The notes below the pieces were generated by a model. It was not told where the DNA came from and ran no database searches. It was given only the letters and a program-made list of their open reading frames with translations. The translations under genes and the position numbers were made by a program. This document shows positions 54,225-64,000 of a stretch of 64,000 bases of DNA, one piece after another (the first letter of the stretch is position 1; every line of letters begins with the position of its first letter). Origin of the DNA: Bugula neritina (lineage: Eukaryota; Animalia; Bryozoa); assembly GCA_964035545.1 (NCBI GenBank), contig OZ037767.1:19484628-19548627 (forward strand). The letters run 5' to 3'.

Positions 54225-55252
54225 ATGACTGCTTCTGTTGCTGACTCTAATAAAAGCGCTGCCAGCATGATCACCAAACTTCCACCATCAACTTCGGCAG
54301 CATCTAGTAAGTATTTCATACTTCATCATTGATTTCACACCCAGACGTGTTAACATGGAAAATATAATTATATTTGCTACTTGGTAAAGTGATGAACACT
54401 TTTCTTTTTATTCAGATAATAATGAACGTTCTTTTATCTTTTGTGTTATCATACATTAGAAAGAAATTAATATTGACTTTCACCAAATCAAGTTAATTCT
54501 TGGCTGTTTAAGAGCTTCTTTCAAAAGAACACAGTATTGGTGATGATCTTACTTGATGCATTTTCTTTTTCTCATCTAGTAATGACTTTTAAGCCAAGGC
54601 TTTGATCAGAGTCAATTTGCACAATTTCTAAGTTTCTAGACTCTCTTAAAATCCAATGTCAACTGTTCAAGTTTCTTTGGTTTATACTATGCTAGCTATG
54701 CTATGACGTTGACTGGTTATAGCTTTTTCTCTGCAATAAATTTTTTCTCTGCAATAAGCTAATTACTTTTTGAAGCAAAAATATTTTTTTTAAATTAATT
54801 ACTGACAGAAAAGTTATAAAAATTGTAGAAGTAAATTGAAATATTCACATTTCAAAAACTTCAGTATACTTATAAAAAGATTCAAAATAGATTGTTGTAA
54901 AAATGAAGTAATGCCTTGACTAAACTTTCTGTTTCACTGTGACAATTGTATTAATAAAGTGTATGATAATACAGGTATGTTTGAGACAAATCTGTTATAT
55001 GCATATTGTTGACAGGTCGAATTCTAATGGATATCCCTTGTAAAGTGTGCAATGACCACAGTTCAGGGAAACATTACGGCATTTACGCTTGTGACGGGTA
55101 AGTCATGAATATCAGTCTCTTTTGTGACAAAAATTTCTTTCTCGCGTATGATACAAATATTTGGTAATATTTTATTTGAAAAATTGTTTTGGATGAAATT
55201 TATATTATCCATTATTAGAGCGAAGCATTTCATAGCAAACAAAAAAGTTACT

Positions 55253-55309
<57 letters not shown>

Positions 55310-58300
55310 TTTTAGTACTTGTAAATATAGAGATAGCTAGACAGCATACTTTTTATTTCTATAATTTCAATAATGAAATCAGAATCAGCCATATTGTTTA
55401 ACTATAACTATATTTTTATTGTAGATGTGCAGGATTCTTTAAGGTAAGTTATAAAATTCTTCTGACTAGATGTGACAAAATTTTCCCTCTCTTCTTGGCA
55501 AATAGGCTTCAGTTTTGTCTGCTACACATTATTTTATTGCATTAAATTAGAATAAATATTAGTTTTATTTTGTGATTGAGTTTCAGTGTATTACAATATA
55601 CAGTTGGTCATAATAAACCGTGAAGCAACACAGGGCCATATATTTGCTTGCTACTACAATACATAGTTTAGGTGTTGGTGCAGTATGTGGTTGTTCACTA
55701 TAACATATTAAATTACACAAATTAAACATTCCATGCAATAATGGTATTTTTTTGTAGTATAACATATTCTATAATTATTATTATATATATTGATAGCAAT
55801 GCATTTAGTAATATTTAATAATTTCATAATTTCAACAGAGATCTATCAGGAGAAATAGACAGTATATCTGTAAGAGCCATGGGGGAGGTGGAGCTGGTGG
55901 TAAACTCTGTACAGTTGACAAGACACACAGAAACCAATGTAGAGCCTGTAGATTAACAAAGTGCACAGATGCTGGCATGAATAAAGATGGTGAGTAAAAT
56001 AACACTTATGACCAAAGGCTAGGATGGATATATTATGATGTTACTGAAATAAGAATTTGCGAATATTTATTTCAAAAACTTCAACGTAAAATACAAGCTC
56101 ACAAACAAATTGATTAACAATATTTATATTATTTAGACTGTGAATTTTCTTACACAATAAGGTTTACATGGGTAAATTAAGAGCTCTTGCTCTGTTTGCT
56201 AAGAAGTGATGCAATCAAGTGGTTACATAGCCAAAGGCAAATATTAAATTTATAAATTAATTATTAATTGAAAAATTATGTGAGTATTCAGCAATTTGAA
56301 GCTTTTTTCTGAGTTATTTAAGCGAAAGAGTTTGCTATCTTTAAACAATTTGCAGTTCCCATCAAATTTTGATTGTAAAAAAGTACCCTTGGGGTGAACG
56401 TCATAAAGCTCTTGCCTTTCTAGTTGTGAAAATGAAGAGCACTTGTTAGCTCTCTCAATGTTGCTGTATGACATATTAATGTGTGATATAAACAAAGGCA
56501 TTCTAGTGCTTCTTTCTCTCCACCTACTTGATTTCCATACAATACTGTGCTTTTAATATTTAATAGGCCTGAATTTCTCACGAATTCTTATAGCCTATTA
56601 ACTACTCTCTATAACATATGTATTACAAGCATATAAGATGACTGCTTGAATGCTAATAATACTGTAGTATATATTAATTTGTTAGCTATTAACAATATTT
56701 GGCAAACTTTGGTTGGCAATCTCAAAAACTGACACTCAAAAGAGAACATCTTTCGCGGTTAATGATATATATCAAATAAATCATTTGGAGAAATATCAGC
56801 TGGAGGCAGCTTTCCATCACTTGACAATATGCTGCCAGATTGTAGAGTGCTAGTTTCAATGCTCAAGTAGATTTGACAGGGCGTACTTGTGTTGAAGAGT
56901 TATGGGTTAATAATTGCTTACAAATAGATATAAGGAGATACTAGCAAACACCTTAATGCCAATGTCATACTCAAACCAACAAGCCGTAACAGGTTGTTAT
57001 GAAATAGGTGTCACTCATTGATCATTGATACTGGTAATTTATAACTCAGACAGTTAGTCTAATGTAATAAATTAGAATATAACTCTGATTAGCTAATAAA
57101 ATTAATAGTTCATTTTGATATAATATTTTTGGGAATAACATGATACTTTACATTTATTTGGGAATATTTATGAGTAGAATAATATGGTTAGAGAAAAGTC
57201 AAGTATTGTGTAGGGAAGTAGAGTAAAAACATTTCTTAACCGTTATTCCAAAGTAAACTCTAGAGTCAGACTGACGTGTAAAGTTCAGCTCCTAACAACT
57301 CGACAGATTTGCTGAAAGTCATAAACTCTCTTTATTATTTCTTTTCATAGAACTCATGCCGTGCAGTGCAAATCCAGCTGCTATGTGAAAGCATTGCACA
57401 AGTTCCTTTAGCCAAATCTTATTAATTGCTTATCGTAAGAGTCAATAAACCTGTTAAATTTTGAACATATAGAATGAATGCATTCTTTATAATTCTATAT
57501 CGACACTCGAAAGTTAATTTCAACCCTTAATACCACAGAATTACAATCTAAACAAGCATTCACATAAAAATCAACTCTGCATCTATTCAGTTGTCATGAT
57601 ATGTTGACAATAGTCATGAAAAGCCAAAAAATTAGTTTTCACGCAATAGTCTATCATGATAACAGGCCCAGACACTTATGTCACAAAATTTTCAATTAGC
57701 TCTAACATATTGCAAGCGCGAAGAGTTTGCTGTGTAGACTAATTTGATTTTGATATTTATAGTTTCTAAGTTAAATTTTAAGCCTTAAAATAAAGCTAGT
57801 AACTGTCTATTTGTAAGTGAGAGAGTAGAGAGAGTAGAGGGTTGTTATTTGTCTAAATGCAGTGAAATATATTTTCTAGAACAATCTCCTTCATTAATCA
57901 GAGTCAGTGAACACGAATGGGTTAGTTCGGTCATAGAGTAAAAGATTTATACAAATCTGCACTCAACTTGACTTATGACACCAGGCTTACGCTGCTGTAT
58001 TTCATAACAATGTTGGGCATAGATAGGGTCCTTGAGTACACTCCTCATTAAAAATAACTTAAGCATTTAAGGCTACTCTAGCTAAAGTATATTTATGATC
58101 AGAGCCAAACTAGGTAGGAAACTTTGTAGCAAATTGGTTAAAAATAGACTAATCATTATTAACGTAAAAATGATGCAAATAGTATGAATAAAAGGGTCGA
58201 GATATTAACATTAGTGCTGTACAAGTAGATTACAACGCAATAATATGCGATTATATTATTATAATGGTATATCATTCGAATGTAGCAATACTTGAAGACA

Positions 58301-58644
58301 ACATATTATTGTAAACATTAGATTTTATTTGGGAGATGACCATAATGTAATAAGCCATATGATTGGGCATTGACTATTACATGTATAGTTCATCAGTGTG
58401 CTATGTTATATTCACTAGCTGTACAGCATGAGCGAGGGCCTCGCAACTCTACCATACGAAGGCAAGTGGCAATGTATTTGAGAGAGACTAGCGAGTTAGC
58501 TTCAGCCATATCCTCAGCTGCTGTCCCTCCATACAGACCACCTCAACCCCTACCCGCACCATTCTATCTCCGGGCTCCACTGGCTAAGTAAGTATTCATT
58601 CTCTGTTTGGTATGCTAGAATATAATATATTATATATTATATAT

Positions 58645-58702
<58 letters not shown>

Positions 58703-61700
58703 CTATTTTTTACAGTATTGGTATAGACTCTGTTCCACCAGTCATAGGGAGCATGACTCCCCCAGAGATCTTGTCAGCAATAGCCCCGTCTCCACCCACC
58801 ATGACACCTGACACTACGCTACTCAACAACCTGGCTCTAGCCAATAGGATGATGAGCATGCACCAACTCTCGCATCCAAACGTACGTCTACCTATATATA
58901 CTAAGCAAGATGTTTTCTGGTTGATTTGGAAACTATTCTCTGTTTCTGTTTTTAGATATTTCATATCTGTAATCTTGTTTTAGATTTCACCACAAGAATT
59001 GCTGCAGAACTTTATCAATTCCCGGCCAGAAGCGTTGTGCGAAGCTGCTGCTAGACTTTTGTTCATGAATGTAAGATGGATGAAAAGTATCCCGGCATTT
59101 GTTAGCTTGTGCTTCCAGGATCAGCTGACTCTATTGGAAGAGGGGTGGAGGGAGCTCTTCGTACTAGCTGCCTGCCAATTCCAGATGTCAGTTGAAGTTA
59201 TTCCTCTCATGAATCATGCAGGTGAATATAACCTTCTATTTTCGCTTAAATTGGTAGAGAAAGTCAATTTTCATCACCTCTAGGAACATAAAATACGCAT
59301 CGATATAAACTTTATTATTTAAAATAGATTTAAATTTATTGCACCTAAACAGGATCTTCAGAAACCAGCATCTATCAATAAATTATCATGATTAACGCTT
59401 GGGGTTGTTAATGAGCACCCCACACATGGCGGCAGTGATTGTGGAAAGGTCTTTGCTGGGGGCACACCAATTGCTGTCGCATTTGAGTTAGCGTAAGCGT
59501 CAGTTTTGATTTGACTGTTGATAGTTGTTTAACAACAATAATTGGTGTTTTGGGACTTTTACGATTTATTTCATTAAATGAAACAAAAAATACACACCAC
59601 CGAGACCTCTGGAGTCTAATTTGCTGCCACATTTTAAAATGAAAGTCGTGATTTCTATTGTACTACAAAAAGCTGTCGTATCTTGGGAAACAGTCATCTA
59701 TTAGCACCTGTGTAAAAATACTTAAAGCTGTTTACATCAACAAAAGTAGTGTTCAAGTTGCTGAAATTTCAATGTTGCTAGTCAAGACGTCACAAAGGAG
59801 CTGTGACAAGATAATGATTTTGCTTTGAGGTAATCAACTAATTGAAAACAAATTGAAACTTCCACATAGTGTTTCACTTTACTGGTTTACAAAATTCCAT
59901 AGCTTAGAATTCATTCAATTTAATGCTGGATTTCTAGTCACGCCATTGTGAAAGCATTTACTAATAAATGAATAAAATATCTTTATTTAATGAATGTTGA
60001 TATGATTTTGATACTTTCTATATGTATCACAAATTAACTGCCTGACGATGTCAAAACAGTTGCTAAAAATAATTAGTAAAATTAGAATGATCCACAATTT
60101 TGCCATAATTAACCAGACTTTGTTCAATTTAGTTGATTGAAGCTGTTAGATTAATGAGACTGTATTTGATGTATCCAACTTATTTTTTATTTTGTTCCGG
60201 AAATTTCTAATGTTCTTGAAGCAGTGCATTACTCATGACTCTTTTACCAGGTTTTGGCAAGCTGGAGGGAGACAACCCCAAGTGTCAGCAGCTACTTGCA
60301 GATCTCCGATGTCTGAAAGATATGATAGCTAAGTTCAAGCTGATGAATGTAGATCCGTCAGAATTCGCCTGTCTGAAAGGAATTATTGTGCTAAAGTCAG
60401 GTAAATATCCCTAAAGGCTTGAAAATGTCTATATAAAAAACTTTGATAAAACTGCTAGGTAAAAATCTTGCATTGTCGTGTCAAAATAGCGTATTCTTTT
60501 CCAAAAAGATCAAATAACTCTTGAAATTATGATAAAGTAAGTTAGCTAGGAGGAGTGACCGGCAATCCCACGCTATCGTCAAATAGAAAGTCATGACTAT
60601 GACGCACAATTAATAATTAAGTACCATGATTTTCATATCTGGTATCGGCAGTCAGCCAGTGCAATTCAAAAGCTGAAAATCACACATCAGGTTTTGCCTT
60701 TTATCAAAACAAAATTACACACAAAACTCATCAGAGAATGAGCCGTATACAGATGTCCTCAACTTGTAGTAGTCTTTGTGTTTAGAACCAAGTCTAATCA
60801 TTCTAGACCAGGTGTACGGATGTGCATTAGATTGTTGCATGTTGCTCAGATGTGCCTAGCAAGGCAATCAATCTGTTGATATTGTTATTTTCCTAATGAA
60901 AGTCTTTTTCAATATTGACGGACATTGTTTTGAAAACACCTGGGACTATGGGAGTTGAATTTAGTCGCAGCTTACATACAAAGATATAGGAGGAAGCCAT
61001 GACTGTATACTCTATTGACGGTTTTGTAATTGACAATAGAAGTTAACAAAAGAGCATAACATTCGTTCACACTCACTGGTCCCCTTTTTCTCCAAAGCAC
61101 CCAAAGCCCACATTCTTCTGTTGTTTTTGGAAGTAATGAATGAATTTTGTTTGCTCACTCCAGAGATACAAAGTCACACCAGGTCTTTCATATTTATAAT
61201 ATCAGCATATTAATTTCCAAGTTGAGCCATTCAGTAGGCTTGTGACTTGCACTTACAAAAAAGGGTCAAAGCGTGCAGTCCTTTGTACATGCATTTGACT
61301 TCTACTCATTCACTGCCTCACAACAATACCTCTACCTTTATTGGTATGCCCGGCTCATTACCTGATATGTGTTTCATAAATCAATAATTATCAAAGATTA
61401 CTTTTTAATAATTTGAAAAAAATAGAGTTTTTATCTTTTAATAGAATTGTTAATCTCTGGAGAGGCAGGTTTTAGAAAAACTCCTATAGGCCACAACTGA
61501 AATTCGTACCTGCAGTACCAGTTACAGCCTAAATGAAAGATTATTTACCTCAAAGGTGTTAATTGCACAGAAGTTTTGGTGTAAACAAGAATGTTCAATT
61601 CATTGTGCTTGAGTGATTCCCCAATCTCAACACCCTTAATTCCATTGTCTGAGTCACGTCTCAAGAATCTTAGTTGAAAATTTACTTTAATCTTTGTGGT

Positions 61701-62487
61701 CATTTCTATGATAGTTGTTTCTATTATTTACTGTAATTAATAGACAGATTTCTAGCCTCAGTTTCATTATAGAGTTTATATACATAGTTTGGGATATACC
61801 TAAAAATCCCCATAAAAATTATTTTGAAAATCCAGTGACCAACACTATAATAAGTGTGTGAGTGTTTACCACTAGATCATGTCATATTGTAAAGCATAAA
61901 CTTTGTCTTAAAAATGACTGAAAATTGTTACAAAGATGCGCAGGTGTTATGAGTCGGGTTAACTGTCACTTTTCTCACTCTATATCAACAGTAAATTAAA
62001 ACTTTATTTGATTTGCAGAAGTTGATGATTGACTAAAGTCAAGTTTCAATGGCTTCCGTAAATGAAAGCCAAATTGTAGAATTGCCTGGCCACATTTTAT
62101 GGCTTATATTACATTCACGTGCTTCTAGGTATGACATTTAGAGTGTCAGATTTTGTATGTAGAGCTGTGTTTATTAGGCAACATAGATGCCATATAGTCA
62201 CAACTGTTACTCTTTTAGAATTTGAAAACGCAAACGGAGAAAATAAGAGTGTGAAAGACTCGACTGTGATCAACGCCTTACAAGACCAAGCCCAGCTGGC
62301 CCTCAGCAAACACATTAGTCAAGTTTATCCCACACAGCCTTCCAGATTCGGGAAACTACTGCTGATGCTGCCAGCCCTGAGAACTATTAATGCATCAAGC
62401 ATCGAAGAGATCTTTTTTAGAAACTCAATCGGTTCTATTCCAATTGAACGTCTGCTAACTGACATGTACAAATCACAAGAACTGTAG
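54225..62487 (+). CDS. NR2E1: Nuclear receptor tailless / TLX
   Basis: Exons 54225-54306, 55016-55097, 55425-55443, 55839-55989, 58419-58587, 58716-58881, 58984-59221, 60251-60400, 62219-62487. DBD: [61 protein letters not shown] box: [23 protein letters not shown]: [29 protein letters not shown]. Confidence 0.95.
55256..55306. repeat. (TA)n microsatellite
   Basis: Perfect dinucleotide run in NR2E1 intron 2. Confidence 0.95.
58620..58697. repeat. (TA)n microsatellite
   Basis: Dinucleotide run filling most of NR2E1 intron 5. Confidence 0.95.
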
Positions 62488-64000
62488 AACAATTGTTGTG
62501 TTGATTGTACATAACACATCCTTAATGTAGTTTTTTTTATGTGATTTTAATTTATTTGCCATTTTATTTATTCATGGAACTTTTTTGAACACGCGAGGCA
62601 TCAGATTCTCAAGAGGTAAAATTCTGTTATAAAATATGACTGAACTGAGATAATATTAGTAACAGCATGCATATATTTTTGTTGTCATACACCATTATAT
62701 GAATAGTTTAAAATTTGCACCAACAGTTTTAAAGTCATTTGGTATCTTCTGCGTTATTTTTAAATTATTAACCTGAAAAACCGCATGTTTTAAAGTTGGG
62801 ATAATTCTATTTTCCCAGAAATATAATATACATCTTTATAAGTAGCTGCATAGAACATGCAAAACAGTCAATAACGTATTTCTGCAGTTCTATGTGTATA
62901 AATTGACTCTATAGTTCAATTATGTTTATTCATAACTATATATGATTGGTGGAAATCTCATTTTTAGGTAATGTTTAAAATTTAAGCTATAGCAATGAGG
63001 CTTATTCTGAGGACTTTGGAATGACAGTAATTAATGATGAATTATATTTTTATTTTTGTTTAAATGTTGTACCATTTGATATTGCAATAAAATATACTTG
63101 TATAAAAATATAATTGGAGTTTTTGTATTACTAATTACTATTGTATTATTCATAAAATTATTATAAAAAAATTGAAATATTTTAATGTATTAAACTAAGA
63201 TATTTCATTTATTATGCTTTATAATCAGATGAGTTTTCAACTTGTTGACATAAAAAAACAATAATTGGCTTCTAAACAATTGTTATAAAATTAATAAAAA
63301 CTTTGCTTCATTTTAAATTTTATTGCTACAATCTATGCAAGAGCTATACTTGCAAAATATTTTTGCTAATGATGTGAGAAAATGATCGATCACAACTCAA
63401 ACTTTTAATGCAAGCAGGTAGGTATTGATTTCTGATATTGATCACTAATTTGCAATTTATGAAGTCAGTGATTACTAATAGCACGTTGCCCTTTTGACCT
63501 CAATGCTATCAGGAACAGTATAATATATAGACCTACATGGAGGGTTCAAAAAGTAGAGAATATATCTCACTAATACACACTGTCCAACTAACCAGCCTTT
63601 ACAAATGTGCCATAATTGCTCCAAGCAAAATGAAAAGCGGCTAAATATATTTGTATCGTGTAAATGTAACGTAAAAAATTATAATATAATATCACATCAT
63701 AAATATTATTGTGCATGAGTTTAGCTACAGCATAGCTAAAGCTGTTTATTACAAAACAACATCTTGCTTATCGTTTATAATATATTTTTCTTTTGGGACA
63801 TTAGACAGTACAGACTATGGGTGAAATTTCCTCATAATTTTGTTATAGAGTTAAATTTTTGTGCTTCACAAGAGGAGATAAAACTTGTCATACTTTGCTT
63901 GAATAGCTGAATTTTATCGTTCTCTGTACAGTGCCTTTTGTGTGGTGATTCAAATCGTGCAATATTTCAAAACTGGGTGGCTGTGAACGTTAGTTTACGC

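Overview
AT-rich, intron-containing animal DNA, most likely from an invertebrate; the species cannot be fixed from the sequence. I could build six spliced genes. (1) A minus-strand IAP with three BIR domains and a UBA domain, running off the left edge. (2-3) Two paralogous minus-strand genes for small cysteine-containing cell-surface proteins. (4) A related minus-strand single-pass protein with a TNFR/Grindelwald-like cysteine pattern. (5) FAM50/XAP5. (6) The nuclear receptor tailless/NR2E1. Positions ~5.1-39.1 kb are a tandem segmental duplication (copy A ~5.1-19.83 kb, copy B ~19.87-39.06 kb), so each copy shows the empty site for insertions in the other. These insertions are: a young 2.66-kb LTR element encoding only Gag plus protease; three copies of a 1.3-kb TA-targeting TIR element, each at a different TA within the same paralogous minisatellite zone; and a Transib-like element with CAC..GTG ends and a 5-bp TSD. 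Copy A also lacks 2.8 kb that carries the receptor gene in copy B. The most striking structure is in FAM50. The junction between the last intron and last exon has been amplified into 30 tandem 33-bp units, 28 of which carry an acceptor fused to a donor (TAG|GTAAG), all in frame. This is a candidate self-correcting recursive-splicing ladder.
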